64,000 nt of DNA from Candidatus Calditenuaceae archaeon HR02 (GTDB lineage Archaea; Thermoproteota; Nitrososphaeria_A; Caldarchaeales; Calditenuaceae): NCBI GenBank assembly GCA_002898395.1, contig BEHE01000004.1:52181-116180 (forward strand), in the 5' to 3' direction. Of the stretch, positions 1-10,205 are shown piece after piece. Below the pieces are notes generated by a model. The model worked only from the letters and a program-made list of their open reading frames with translations, searched no databases and was not told the origin of the DNA. The first letter of the stretch is position 1; each line of letters opens with the position of its first letter. Made by a program: the position numbers and the translations under genes.

Positions 1-1134
1 ATCGCTCTCGGAGAAGCCGAGGTAAGGGTTGCGGGTATAGGGACGCTCATCCTAAGATATCTGGAGAAGGGAAACTATGCAGGCATCGCGATCGGTCTAC
101 TTGCAACGGCACTAAGCATTATCGCAGCATACCTTTTCATTCTGATGCCCCTCATATCCTATTCAGACAGATACAGGTTCGACATAGCTCAGCCCCCCGC
201 AGTACAGAAGACACCTATGATCATGGGGCTCTACTCCCGTATTAAGTCCATCCAAGCACCCTTGAGGATGGAGCCGAGGCGCGTTGCTGGGTTTACTCAC
301 CGCGTTTTCCCAATCCAGTTCGTCAACATAAGGTATGTGGGAAGCGACATTAAGCGGCTTATATTCATAGTCTTTATTGTTGTTCTGCTTATTTTCGCCG
401 GGCCTGGGATCTATGCAAACATAGGCGATATGTGGGCTGCGGTATCCAGCGTGGCTAGTGCTGGTTTGCGGCTGGGATTGTTTAGCATCGGGGAGGCACT
501 CGCCTACTCCTTCTCCCGCGTATTAGTGTGCTTGGCACTTATGCTTGCAATAAGCCTACCAATCGCTTACGTCGTTTCAGAAAAACCAGGCCTCAGGAAT
601 ACCATCCTTCCAGTCCTTCAGATCATCGCTTCCCTCCCCTCACCGCTAATATTCCCAATCATTTCGGGCTTCTTTGTGGGCGGTACCTTTTCCCGAGAAC
701 TTGGGGCGGTACTACTAATGTCGCTGGGCTCCGTATGGTATGTTTTTTACTCAACATTAAGCGGCTTCAACAAAGTTCACGGAGAATATCGAGAGCTTGC
801 TAGGCTGTATAGACTCTCGGGGATCAACAAGTTCAGGTATATTTACCTCCCATTCGCGACACCATCGATAGTGACGGGTTTGATAACTGCAACGGGCGGT
901 GCATGGAACACTGTGATAGTTGCGGAAAGGCTTGGTGAGGGTGGGAGAATATTTGAGGTCCAGACGCCGGGTCTAGGTAAGCTAATGTCCACGCTAGCAG
1001 AAATAGCAGACACCTCGGGCCTAGTGTTCACAGTCATGGTGATGACAGCCTTCGTGATACTCGTTAACAGACTATTATGGCGAAACCTATATGATTATTC
1101 TATAAGAGCGCTGAGGATTCATGAGCAACTCTGA
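1..1134 (+). CDS. NitT/TauT-family ABC transporter permease, 5'-truncated by the window edge
   Basis: Frame is open from base 1 (IALGEAEVRVAGIGTLILRYL...). Many TM segments, EAA-like loop (YRELARLYRLSG...YLPFATPSIVTG), AWNTVIVAE motif. Confidence 0.85.
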   Translation: MALGEAEVRVAGIGTLILRYLEKGNYAGIAIGLLATALSIIAAYLFILMPLISYSDRYRFDIAQPPAVQKTPMIMGLYSRIKSIQAPLRMEPRRVAGFTHRVFPIQFVNIRYVGSDIKRLIFIVFIVVLLIFAGPGIYANIGDMWAAVSSVASAGLRLGLFSIGEALAYSFSRVLVCLALMLAISLPIAYVVSEKPGLRNTILPVLQIIASLPSPLIFPIISGFFVGGTFSRELGAVLLMSLGSVWYVFYSTLSGFNKVHGEYRELARLYRLSGINKFRYIYLPFATPSIVTGLITATGGAWNTVIVAERLGEGGRIFEVQTPGLGKLMSTLAEIADTSGLVFTVMVMTAFVILVNRLLWRNLYDYSIRALRIHEQL

Positions 1135-1888
1135 AATACTGATGGAGCTTAGGAATGTGACACACGGGTATAGCCTGAGGTCTGGGTCGACACTCAAGGT
1201 AATAGAGAACCTGAATATCCAGGTGAGGTATGGAGAGTTTTTGGGGATAGTGGGGCCGAGTGGGTGCGGAAAGAGCACCATTCTCCGGATCATGGCTGGG
1301 CTCGTCAAACCCCTCTCAGGAGTCGTTATATTTCGGGGAGAAGTGTTGAACGGCACTACGCCACGCATATCGCTGATGCATCAGGTCCCAACACTCCTAC
1401 CCTGGCTAACAGTCAGAGAGAACATATATCTGGCCCTCATGTCTAGGAAGGATCTGACTGAGCGTGCGAAGCAGTTAAAAGTGTCTGAACTTCTTGAGCT
1501 TGTTGAACTTAGTGGTTACGAATCTGCATATCCATATGAGCTGAGCGGGGGAATGAGGCAGAGGGTTGCGCTCGCCCGAGCACTTGTTACAGACCCCGAC
1601 CTCCTCCTCTTGGACGAACCATTCAGCAACCTCGACCCACTCACCTCGCTCAGCTTAATTCGCGAGTTAGAGGGCATGTGGTTTGACACGACCCTCCCGC
1701 CGATCTCTATAGTGATGGTATCGCATAACATAGAGGAGGTTGTCATGCTTGCTGACAGAGTGGTTGTTCTGGGGGGGCGTCCTGCAAAGATTTTGGCAGA
1801 GGTCCCCATCGAGCTCTCACGGCCAAGGAACAAGAAGTCAGAGGAATTCTATAGGCTCGTCGATGAGTTATTCTCTCTGATTAGCTAA
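1121..1888 (+). CDS. ABC transporter ATP-binding protein (NitT/TauT family)
   Basis: Walker A GPSGCGKST, LSGGMRQ signature, Walker B LLLLDEPF, H-loop VSHNIEE. Confidence 0.95.
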   Translation: MSNSEILMELRNVTHGYSLRSGSTLKVIENLNIQVRYGEFLGIVGPSGCGKSTILRIMAGLVKPLSGVVIFRGEVLNGTTPRISLMHQVPTLLPWLTVRENIYLALMSRKDLTERAKQLKVSELLELVELSGYESAYPYELSGGMRQRVALARALVTDPDLLLLDEPFSNLDPLTSLSLIRELEGMWFDTTLPPISIVMVSHNIEEVVMLADRVVVLGGRPAKILAEVPIELSRPRNKKSEEFYRLVDELFSLIS

Positions 1889-2384
1889 CCTTTACCCCCC
1901 GCCTAACCTTGAATAATCCCTCCTCACCATTATATTCTAGATAACCGGTCGTAACTAGCCAGTCGAGGAGGAAAGACTTCGCCATGGTGATGCTCTCTGG
2001 GCTGTCGTCGCATAGGTTGAGGTCTCTGCAGATCTGCTCGACGGATATGGCGTCCTTCTTTTGGACCATATAGCGGATTATTGATTTGAAGGGTTCAGCG
2101 TTTTTTGCCAGCTCGCGGAGCATTCTTATCTTCCCAGAATGCCTACGCCTCGAGAAGGATCGGCCCAACTCGGTTAATATTGCATCACCCTCATCAACCT
2201 TCACCAGGCCTAGGGACTCGCAAGCCTCAAGAATTTCCAATACAACCCCCGACTCCATTCCAGCCTCACTTACAAGCGTGGCTACATCTGCCCTACCATT
2301 CAGCAGTTCTAGGACCTCAACCAACCCCGAAACCATTGCGGGAGTAACACGGATGGGGCATCTCGGCCCCTGTTGGTCCAACAC
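1881..2384 (-). CDS. Stand-alone AAA-associated C-terminal domain protein (AAA_assoc_C-like, winged helix)
   Basis: GLVEVLELLNGRAD...LEACESLGLVKVDEGDAILTELGRSF resembles the domain normally fused to NitT/TauT ATPases. Convergent on the ATPase gene. Confidence 0.7.
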   Translation of the reverse strand: MLDQQGPRCPIRVTPAMVSGLVEVLELLNGRADVATLVSEAGMESGVVLEILEACESLGLVKVDEGDAILTELGRSFSRRRHSGKIRMLRELAKNAEPFKSIIRYMVQKKDAISVEQICRDLNLCDDSPESITMAKSFLLDWLVTTGYLEYNGEEGLFKVRRGVKVS

Positions 2385-2478
2385 CCTATCACTTGTTTTA
2401 TCTCGATTCTCATATATAACTATGCAGATTTATATTTGCCAGATATTCCGGAAAAAGAGAGATAGGGACCAATTTCCT

Positions 2479-3636
2479 TCAGAGACTTAGTACCATATCT
2501 AATATTTTTTCAACAGGCCTAACATTGGCTGTAAAACTAGAGTATCTATTTATGGCCGCGGCCTCTATCTCGTCTAAAGCCTTCTTAACAGATGCTGAGA
2601 GGCTCTCAAGGCTTAAATCCTCCTCTTTGAGGATTACAGCCACCCCTTTTCCGGCGAGGGATTTTGCATTTGATTCTTGCTCAGTCTGCCTCGGTATAGG
2701 GATTAAGACGAGTCTACAGTTGAATGCTAAGGCCTTGGCTGCGAGTGTCTGGCCTGCCCGGGTCACTACAACGTCTGAGGCTGCCAGAAGCTCATACTCG
2801 TTTTCATACCACTCCACAAATCTTAGACCTTCTCTTGACTGGTCGCCGACAGCGCCCGTCATTATGGCTTGAAAGTCTTTTTGTCGATGGAGGAGGGGCA
2901 TCATGAGGTCTCTCAAGCGTATACGGTCTGGCTGTGGGCCTGTAGGTATTACCGCTATTAGCGGGATTGAGGGGTCGAATCCGAGCTTCTCTTTGAGCCT
3001 GTCGCGAGGGGGGTAGTCACTCGGTAGCTTCTCAAGTATCGGGCCCACAAACTCTGCACGAGGCTCATCCACCTTACGCATCCTTAGGTTTTCTGTTGAG
3101 ATTGTGAGGGGGTGTGGGTAGTCGGCTATTAGGAGCCTGTGGGAGAGGCTCCACACAACTGTGAACGAGTTTATGATGTCTTCGAAAAAGGCGGCCAGTC
3201 TGGGGAGACGGTCTCTCTGAAGCAGGACGTTGTACTGATTGAGGATGAGAGTGCTTGGGATGCCGGTTAGGCGTGAGGCCAGGACCGCTGAGGCTCTGGT
3301 GTCTGAGACCACAACCTCGGCCCCAGACTCTTCGATGATTCTAGCCTCGATGAGTGTTTGAGCAGCAACCTTCATAGGCAGGAAGACGTTGCTCAACAGT
3401 GTTGCCTTAATGCTCACCGCGCCCCGCGCGTCACGCCCATAGTCGACTGCGGGCACCTTCAAGACGCTTAGACCCACCCTCTCAAAATAGTCGACTGCGT
3501 CTCCATAGGTAGATACTGTGACATCATGCCCCCTCTTGATAGCCTCGAGTATTATTGGCCGACACCTAGATGCGTGCCCCAGCCCTAATCCGCATACACT
3601 GAAGTGGATCCGCGCCATGTAACCGGCTCCCTGCAA
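2479..3636 (-). CDS. GT-B glycosyltransferase, MurG-like/MJ1255-like
   Basis: N-terminal GLGLGHASR, VVVSD, and C-terminal DVVVTRAG...IPIPRQTEQESNA. Confidence 0.85.
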   Translation of the reverse strand: MQGAGYMARIHFSVCGLGLGHASRCRPIILEAIKRGHDVTVSTYGDAVDYFERVGLSVLKVPAVDYGRDARGAVSIKATLLSNVFLPMKVAAQTLIEARIIEESGAEVVVSDTRASAVLASRLTGIPSTLILNQYNVLLQRDRLPRLAAFFEDIINSFTVVWSLSHRLLIADYPHPLTISTENLRMRKVDEPRAEFVGPILEKLPSDYPPRDRLKEKLGFDPSIPLIAVIPTGPQPDRIRLRDLMMPLLHRQKDFQAIMTGAVGDQSREGLRFVEWYENEYELLAASDVVVTRAGQTLAAKALAFNCRLVLIPIPRQTEQESNAKSLAGKGVAVILKEEDLSLESLSASVKKALDEIEAAAINRYSSFTANVRPVEKILDMVLSL

Positions 3637-3643
3637 TTGTGTT

Positions 3644-4258
3644 TTAAGTACGTGGCGTCTTGAGCATTATCCTCTTAACAATCCCACGCGGGGACTCTTC
3701 TGCGAAGATATCAGCATTAAACCTGTAGATCTTCACGTCCCTCCTCAGCCAGTCCGTAGGCCTCAACCCGGCTTTCAGGCAGAGGTGCATAAGGAACTCC
3801 TCAGCATCCCAGCCATACTCCACTGGGACTTGGGGGAGTAGGATGCCTGCCCCCTCGTCAGCTTCTATGATCAGGCCGTCAAGACCTATCCTGATCTGCT
3901 CAGGGAGAGAGGACCTCGGCTCAGAAATAATCTCCTCAGGCTCTGTGAGAAGTGTCAGTTCGACAACCACTCTATCTGCCTCGGACGGGGTTAGGGGTGG
4001 GAATCGCGGATCGTAGAAAGCCGCAAGCCTGGCTGCTGTGATGGTGTCGTCGACGATGTTGGAGCGGGGCAGTGGCAGGCCCATGCAACCCCTCAACTCC
4101 TTTTTCTCGTGTTGATAGAGTGTAACGAAGACACCCCTACGGATGGCTGGGCTCCTAAGAGAGCTCTCCAAATGCAACTCTTTCTCAAGCCCGAGATCCT
4201 TCATGATTGCCGACCTAGCCAGCCTGACAAGCCCCACCCCAACCTCTTCACTTATCAT
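3644..4258 (-). CDS. AMMECR1-domain protein (TIGR00296-like)
   Basis: GVFVTL, LRGCMG, AAFYDPRFPPL, GILLPQVPVEYGW, LCLKAGL motifs. Confidence 0.92.
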   Translation of the reverse strand: MISEEVGVGLVRLARSAIMKDLGLEKELHLESSLRSPAIRRGVFVTLYQHEKKELRGCMGLPLPRSNIVDDTITAARLAAFYDPRFPPLTPSEADRVVVELTLLTEPEEIISEPRSSLPEQIRIGLDGLIIEADEGAGILLPQVPVEYGWDAEEFLMHLCLKAGLRPTDWLRRDVKIYRFNADIFAEESPRGIVKRIMLKTPRT

Positions 4259-4285
4259 TCCAACAACATATGTGAAAACATTCTT

Positions 4286-4762
4286 TTATCCCTTGCTCAA
4301 ATCTTCTACCAGCTTCCTCACCCTCTCCAGAGTCCTTGTGATGTTTTTCCAGTGCCCTCCAACCCAGTATTCCTGGCCGCAAGACCCACACTTCCATCTC
4401 TTGTTAGAAGACGGCTGGAGTTGTCCATTGCAGAGGGAGCAGAGCCTAAACTTCACGGCTAAGAAATCGTCGTAAGATATTCCGTACTCGCCCATTAGGT
4501 GGATGGCGATGTGCGAGAGCTGGTTCTCAGTCCCGCTTAGCGGCAGTAGGATGGATTGACCTCCCATAGACAATATTCGCTTATAGAGCTCGGTGTCTGA
4601 GGTGAGGACTATCCTCCCCTCTTCGTACGCCTTCTGAACAATCTCGTCATCTTCTCGCGGATAGTAGATGGTGTCGTATCCCAGCATCCTAAGCCATCTC
4701 GTGAGTTTACCGTGCATCGAGTCTGTCAGGAATTTAGGTTCCCGCGATGCTCCCCTTCTCAA
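4286..4762 (-). CDS. Mut7-C RNase (PIN-like) domain protein with Zn ribbon
   Basis: FLTDSMHGKLTRWLRMLGYDT, RIVLTSDTEL, CSLCNGQL, CGSCGQEYWVGGHW. Confidence 0.88.
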   Translation of the reverse strand: MRRGASREPKFLTDSMHGKLTRWLRMLGYDTIYYPREDDEIVQKAYEEGRIVLTSDTELYKRILSMGGQSILLPLSGTENQLSHIAIHLMGEYGISYDDFLAVKFRLCSLCNGQLQPSSNKRWKCGSCGQEYWVGGHWKNITRTLERVRKLVEDLSKG

Positions 4763-5312
4763 GTTCTAGCCGACACTCCTCGCAGAGATACTGGTCATCA
4801 ATCCTCACAAGCATGTCACTCCACTCACCGCACGAGTCACAGTATCCCTCGAGGTAGGACTCCCTCTTCACGATGGGCCCACCGCTGAGCTTGAACTGCT
4901 CCTTGATGATGGATATGATATCGGGAGTAATCTTTAGGACGTCTTTCAGGCTTATAATCCCTTGTACATTCCCCTTGTAGCTTACTATCAGCCTGCTGAT
5001 TCCAAGCCTGGTCATCAGCCTGACTGCGTCTTCGATCGTCGCGGAGGGGTCAACTGTTATGAGGGGTGACGACATAATCTCCTCAAGCTTCACCTCGCTG
5101 GGCCTTTTATCCTGCGCAACAACCTTCTCCACAAGGTCCCTTTTAGTCACTATGCCCACTGGACGCCCATCTTTCCTCACCAATATGCTGCTTATCCTGT
5201 ACCTAGCCATCATCTCGGCAGCGACGTTGGCTGTACTCTCCGCGCTCAACTCTATGACTGGGCTCGTCATTACTTCCCTGACCGTTATCTCCTCGCTTAG
5301 GAATGGGCCCAT
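4734..5312 (-). CDS. Tandem CBS-domain protein with C-terminal Zn ribbon
   Basis: Two CBS repeats (VREVMTSPV, EEIMSSPLITV) plus GYCDSCG...LCEECR. Confidence 0.88.
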   Translation of the reverse strand: MGPFLSEEITVREVMTSPVIELSAESTANVAAEMMARYRISSILVRKDGRPVGIVTKRDLVEKVVAQDKRPSEVKLEEIMSSPLITVDPSATIEDAVRLMTRLGISRLIVSYKGNVQGIISLKDVLKITPDIISIIKEQFKLSGGPIVKRESYLEGYCDSCGEWSDMLVRIDDQYLCEECRLELEKGSIAGT

Positions 5313-5390
5313 CCAATAAGTAATTGAAGCAGCCTGATAAAAACGTATCTAAACTCAATTAACCATAGATGAAGAGACGCTACCAACTCT

Positions 5391-7289
5391 TCAGGGCGAC
5401 CATCTTAGCACGCGGCATTTTCCATAGGGAATAAGGGCTTCGAAATCGTTTGGCCTTATACGGTTTTCGCCGAGCCTAAGCACTTCCCCGACCTTAGCTG
5501 CCAGTATTCTAGCAACTTTGGAGGCATCTTCTTGGCCAGGAGATAATACAGCGTAGACAACTGCCTCGGTCCTCACCCAGGACTCGACACCTACGATCGG
5601 GCCGAGCTTCTCAGAATATCCTACACAGATTTGGAGTTGTACGTGGATGTAGTTTTTTGGTGGCTTAATGATAAACGAGCCTCGTGGGAGATACATCCCC
5701 TCTGGAGGTGTGAAGCTTATCTGATGCGGCTCCACCCAGTATACAGACATTCCTGAGAGCCCCTCCCGCCAAGCACGGCTGAAAGATGCACAAAGTGTGG
5801 CAGCCTCGCGAATCTCCTCATCCCCGGCCCCCGCCCCATCCTTCAGTATGGCGACGGGTGATCCCCTAATTTCTGCGTGTAAAACAATGTCGCCTTTTTC
5901 CAGGTGTTTCTTCAGTAGCCGCATGTTTGAGCTGGCATCTTTTCCAAGGACGATGAGTCTACCTCCGCTTGTCATCGACCATCGATATCTGTGAAACCAT
6001 TCTGTTCGCCGCCTCCTTACCTCAACAACTTCCACGGTCCGAGGGACAGAGATTGTGGACTTTAGACGTGAAGCCCTTGCCTCAAGCTCTGAAATCTCGC
6101 TGAGCAGGTTCTCCACACCTTTCATCGTCGTTTTAGCATTCTTGAAGAGCCTGTCGATCTGGATAGTCACGGGCTCCCTGATGCTTAGCTGCACAGTCTT
6201 TCCATCCAGCTCAAGTATGGCTACGCCTGTGCTCCTGTCTAAAGACTTCACCACCCCACTTGGCGAGCCACCCGCCCTAATCTCCGCCCATAAATCCTTC
6301 AACTCGGCTAATCTCATATGAAGTATTGATGCCTGCTCTTTGAGCTCCTGAGCCCTTAGCCTTAACTGGTCGGCAAGAGTCCTCTTCTCAGCAATCTCCT
6401 TTTCAATCCTCCGAACCTCCTCCTCTATTTTTTGTCTGTGCTCGGAGACCCTAACCGCCTGGATATAAGACTCATAAACCAAGCTGACCGCCTCATTCAG
6501 ACTAGCCGTGTGGACTTCCTCGAAGCCTTTCTTGTCCAGGTGGATGAGTGGGAATGGCGCAAACGTCACATACACGTCACCGGCCCTATATGCTGTTGGT
6601 CTCGGGTTTTCAAGAAGCTTGAAGAGATAACCTACGCCATCCGCAATCTTCTCTCTCTCGCCTGCATCTAGTTCTGCAACCTTTTTGGATGGGTTGACAC
6701 CAGTCCTCGCCAACACCTCGTTAGAGTATTTAGTGCCTAGCCCGAGCTCTCTCGCGAGAGCTACCCCTACTTTTATCTTCCCATCCACACTTGAAAGCAG
6801 TGCTAGGGCGTCCTCACGCCCAGATACAGTCGCCTTCCTAGCGGGCCAGGCGTAGGGCTCGCCTCTACGCAGACCAGTTGAGAGAAGCACAACGCCCCTC
6901 TCATCCAAGAGGTTCAATCCTCCACCGGGGAAGACTTCTATGATAAGGCCGTAAACCACCCCGCCCCTTTCGAAGCGGAGCCTAGCTATCCTCTCACCGG
7001 TGACCTGCTCTGCAGATTTCAACACACAACCCTTGAGATACCTTCTGAGCGAGGATGTGAGGTCGTCCAGCTGGCCGTGGACCTGGTATACGCCTGGGGC
7101 GAGAAATATGGCCTTAGAAGGGATCATCTTTAGGTCTCTTACATCCTCTGTCCCCTTGAGCCTGATAATATATGATGAATCCACACCTCTGTAGGCTTGT
7201 GAAACGTATCTTGGATGAGAAGCACTAATCTCCCTCAGGAGGACGGCCAGGTCTAGGCTGTTTATCTCGAATCTGGGTTTTTCCTGCAC
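5391..7289 (-). CDS. rqcH: Ribosome rescue protein RqcH/NEMF (NFACT family)
   Basis: NFACT-N, coiled coil and NFACT-R (WFHRYRW...GKDASSN...LHAEIRGSP...FSRAW...GMYLPRGSF). Confidence 0.9.
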   Translation of the reverse strand: MQEKPRFEINSLDLAVLLREISASHPRYVSQAYRGVDSSYIIRLKGTEDVRDLKMIPSKAIFLAPGVYQVHGQLDDLTSSLRRYLKGCVLKSAEQVTGERIARLRFERGGVVYGLIIEVFPGGGLNLLDERGVVLLSTGLRRGEPYAWPARKATVSGREDALALLSSVDGKIKVGVALARELGLGTKYSNEVLARTGVNPSKKVAELDAGEREKIADGVGYLFKLLENPRPTAYRAGDVYVTFAPFPLIHLDKKGFEEVHTASLNEAVSLVYESYIQAVRVSEHRQKIEEEVRRIEKEIAEKRTLADQLRLRAQELKEQASILHMRLAELKDLWAEIRAGGSPSGVVKSLDRSTGVAILELDGKTVQLSIREPVTIQIDRLFKNAKTTMKGVENLLSEISELEARASRLKSTISVPRTVEVVEVRRRRTEWFHRYRWSMTSGGRLIVLGKDASSNMRLLKKHLEKGDIVLHAEIRGSPVAILKDGAGAGDEEIREAATLCASFSRAWREGLSGMSVYWVEPHQISFTPPEGMYLPRGSFIIKPPKNYIHVQLQICVGYSEKLGPIVGVESWVRTEAVVYAVLSPGQEDASKVARILAAKVGEVLRLGENRIRPNDFEALIPYGKCRVLRWSP

Positions 7290-7323
7290 CGATTATGGAT
7301 TGTGGGATCGTTTTTATCAAGAT

Positions 7324-7980
7324 TTAGGCGAGGGCCTGGAGCACGTGTTCGATGTAGTGAATTTCTGGGAGGGCGCCTTCAAACTCTATCTTTTCGTTGA
7401 CGACCGTCTTAGGCACTGCCATCACTTGATACTTTTGTGCCAGGTGTGGGAACTCTATGACCTCCACCATGTCGCCGACTATCTTCGGATTCTCTAGGGC
7501 CATTTGGTGCGCAATCCTAACTGCGCGGGGACAGTAGGGGCAGGTGGGTGTTACGAATACCTGTATGTGGAGCGGCTTATCCACCGATTTAACCATCTCG
7601 AGGGCTCGGGGGGAGAGCCTCGACCTCCCCCTTGAGACGTCCACAATGTCTTCCAAAAGGGTTGTAAACTCATATCCGCTGGGGACCCCGAAGAAGCGTA
7701 TCCACGACTCCCTTTCACCGAGGAGGATAGTAGCAGGTATCTTGTCTATGCGCCACCTCTCCGCCAAATCTCTGTCACGCTCAAAGTCGTAGACCTCTAG
7801 GCTCAGATTTCCATTCAGCTCAGCCAACTCGCTCAAGAGACGCCCAGTAACCTCGCAATAATCGCACTCAAACTCCTGCGTGAAGTATAGTATTCGGACA
7901 GTAGATGCTACCTCCTCGCCTAACTTCTTCCTAACAAACTCCTTGTCGCGCGGCTTGAGTATTGAGTTCACAGCATACAC
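7324..7980 (-). CDS. Protein disulfide oxidoreductase (PDO, two thioredoxin folds)
   Basis: CDYC and CPYC motifs, FFGVPSGYEF, VMAVPK. Confidence 0.92.
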   Translation of the reverse strand: MYAVNSILKPRDKEFVRKKLGEEVASTVRILYFTQEFECDYCEVTGRLLSELAELNGNLSLEVYDFERDRDLAERWRIDKIPATILLGERESWIRFFGVPSGYEFTTLLEDIVDVSRGRSRLSPRALEMVKSVDKPLHIQVFVTPTCPYCPRAVRIAHQMALENPKIVGDMVEVIEFPHLAQKYQVMAVPKTVVNEKIEFEGALPEIHYIEHVLQALA

Positions 7981-8063
7981 CCTATGTTTCGAGCCTATAA
8001 CTATTTTCTAATGTCTCGTGCCCGAGCCAAGGATTAAATTATGACGAGGACATCAAGTTTTGA

Positions 8064-10103
8064 ATGGCTGTAGAGCGGCTACTGAAGGCGACTGTAGTGG
8101 CTCCATCGAGTAGCGCGCAAGAACTTTTGAAGGCGCTGGTAAAGTTCGGGGAGTTCCACCCCTCCTCGCATGAGGACCAAAAACCTGCTAAGATACTTGA
8201 GCCGCTATATGAGCGGGCTAGAAGGATCTTCTTAGAGCTTGAAGCTGCGGCTAGGGAGCTGGAGGTAGAGGCAGGGGGTGGTGTGATAGAGGTCCTTTTG
8301 AAAGGTGAGCCGGAGCCCGAGAGCATAAGCGTCAGAGATTTGGAGGATCTTTTGGAGTCGCTCTCGAGCAGGGCCCAGCCCATCTTATCAGAACTTAGGG
8401 GGCTGAACAAGAGGATAGATGAGATTAGGCCGGAGATTGAGAGGCTAGAGCGGGAAAGGGATAGGCTCACCATATACGTCCAGCTAGGTCTAGACCTCTC
8501 AAGAATATCGCGGCTCAGGCACGTATACGCTGCGGCATTCGTAGCCTCGCCCCGCGATGTAGATGAGATAACCAAGTCACTAGAGGAGGCCACAGTCGCC
8601 TTCAAGCCGATACAGAAAGACATGGCCCTCATGGTCGTTGTGTCGAAACCCTCCCACCGCGAGAAGATTGAGAGAGTTCTGAGGACATTTAACCTTACGC
8701 CGGTCGATGTAAGAATTGATGAGCCTCTCGGGAAGATCTCTGAGAAGCTTAGGGAGGTTGAGGAGAGGCTTGCTGAGCTGAGGGCCGAGGTTGAGAACTT
8801 GGAGGGGAGGAAGAGGTGGATTAGGGAGGAGAGGGGGAGGGAGATCGCCACATTGAGGATGCTTGCGCAGGGTGTAATCGACTCTCTCCAGAGAGTGAGA
8901 GGTGAGAGGGGTAGGCTACTAGTTTTAGAGGGTTATATCCCTCAGAGGCTGAGCGGAGACTTCATCCGAGTAGTGGGTGGCAAGGCATACGTCCAATTGT
9001 CTCCAACCACCCACCACAATGGTTCTGTAGAAAAAATGCCTCCGACCCGTCTTAAGAATAACTGGATTACAGAGTCTTTCAAGCCCGTAACACTCATCCA
9101 AGGGCCGCCATCCTACTATGAAGTGGATCCAACACCATTCGTCTCAATCTTCCTATCAGTATTCTATGGAGTCATGTTTGCAGACCTCGGACAGGGGCTA
9201 GTCCTCACCCTTCTTGGCCTCATCCTCTCGATAAGGGCTAAGAGCGGGTTGAGGCTCTGGGGACGCCTCATAATGATCCTAGGAATCTCGTCGTCTATTG
9301 CTGGATTCTTTATACAAGAGGCGTTCGGGTTTAAGCTTTCACAGGTAACTGGGATGAAGCCTATCCTCGAGCTGATCGAACACCAGGGTGAGTCTGCTGC
9401 CATTAGCTCTGAGGCCGTCATCAAGCTTTTCACATTTGCACCACTCCTAGGTTTCATTCATGTCTCAATCGGCCTTGCCGTCTCAACCTATATTCTCCTC
9501 AAACACGGTGAGGTGGGGGAGGCCATCTTCTCTAAGGGGGCCTCGCTTGGAATGTACGTCTGCGGGCTTCTTTTCGCTCTTGCATTCATCACCACGCGAG
9601 GCTTCGAGACCCTGCTCAACAGCACCCAGCCAGTCCCGCTTCTGGGGCTTCCAGCCAGCCTTGTCGGAGCCATAGGAGTCTATGGATTGTTGACCTGCAT
9701 GGCTCTGATCGTTGGAGGAAGAGTTGTAGGATCATTCCTAAACCTCTTTCCACGGGGGAGTGTAGTTGGGTATTTCGGGACAGGGCTTCTCGAAATACTT
9801 GAGAACATAATCCACTTCATGTCGAACACCCTCAGCTATCTCAGGATCTCCATACTAATGATAATCCACGTTGCCTTGATGCTCTTGATTAACTCGGCAT
9901 GGGAGGCACTGGGCATAGCCTCGATAGGAATACTAGTGATCGGTAACATAGGCGTTATGGGGCTTGAGGGACTGCTCGTCTTCATACAGGCTCTTAGGCT
10001 TCACCTCTACGAGTTCTTCACCAAGTTCTTCACGGGAGAAGGCATAATCTTTAGACCACTCTCACTCAACTCTGAGAGGATAAGGGTTGTTTTCAGGGAT
10101 TAG
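8064..10103 (+). CDS. atpI: A/V-type ATP synthase subunit I (a)
   Basis: Coiled-coil N-terminus, PSYYEVDPTPF, FYGVMFADLGQG, SNTLSYLRI, QALRLHLYEFFTKFF. Confidence 0.93.
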   Translation: MAVERLLKATVVAPSSSAQELLKALVKFGEFHPSSHEDQKPAKILEPLYERARRIFLELEAAARELEVEAGGGVIEVLLKGEPEPESISVRDLEDLLESLSSRAQPILSELRGLNKRIDEIRPEIERLERERDRLTIYVQLGLDLSRISRLRHVYAAAFVASPRDVDEITKSLEEATVAFKPIQKDMALMVVVSKPSHREKIERVLRTFNLTPVDVRIDEPLGKISEKLREVEERLAELRAEVENLEGRKRWIREERGREIATLRMLAQGVIDSLQRVRGERGRLLVLEGYIPQRLSGDFIRVVGGKAYVQLSPTTHHNGSVEKMPPTRLKNNWITESFKPVTLIQGPPSYYEVDPTPFVSIFLSVFYGVMFADLGQGLVLTLLGLILSIRAKSGLRLWGRLIMILGISSSIAGFFIQEAFGFKLSQVTGMKPILELIEHQGESAAISSEAVIKLFTFAPLLGFIHVSIGLAVSTYILLKHGEVGEAIFSKGASLGMYVCGLLFALAFITTRGFETLLNSTQPVPLLGLPASLVGAIGVYGLLTCMALIVGGRVVGSFLNLFPRGSVVGYFGTGLLEILENIIHFMSNTLSYLRISILMIIHVALMLLINSAWEALGIASIGILVIGNIGVMGLEGLLVFIQALRLHLYEFFTKFFTGEGIIFRPLSLNSERIRVVFRD

Positions 10104-10205
10104 TAGGGCTCACCACCCTGTTTAATCTTTAGAGACGAGTTCTTCTATTCTTAGAATTGAGGCATGCAAATATACTCCCGGCTGTAGGGGGTTATTGTAG
10201 GTGTC

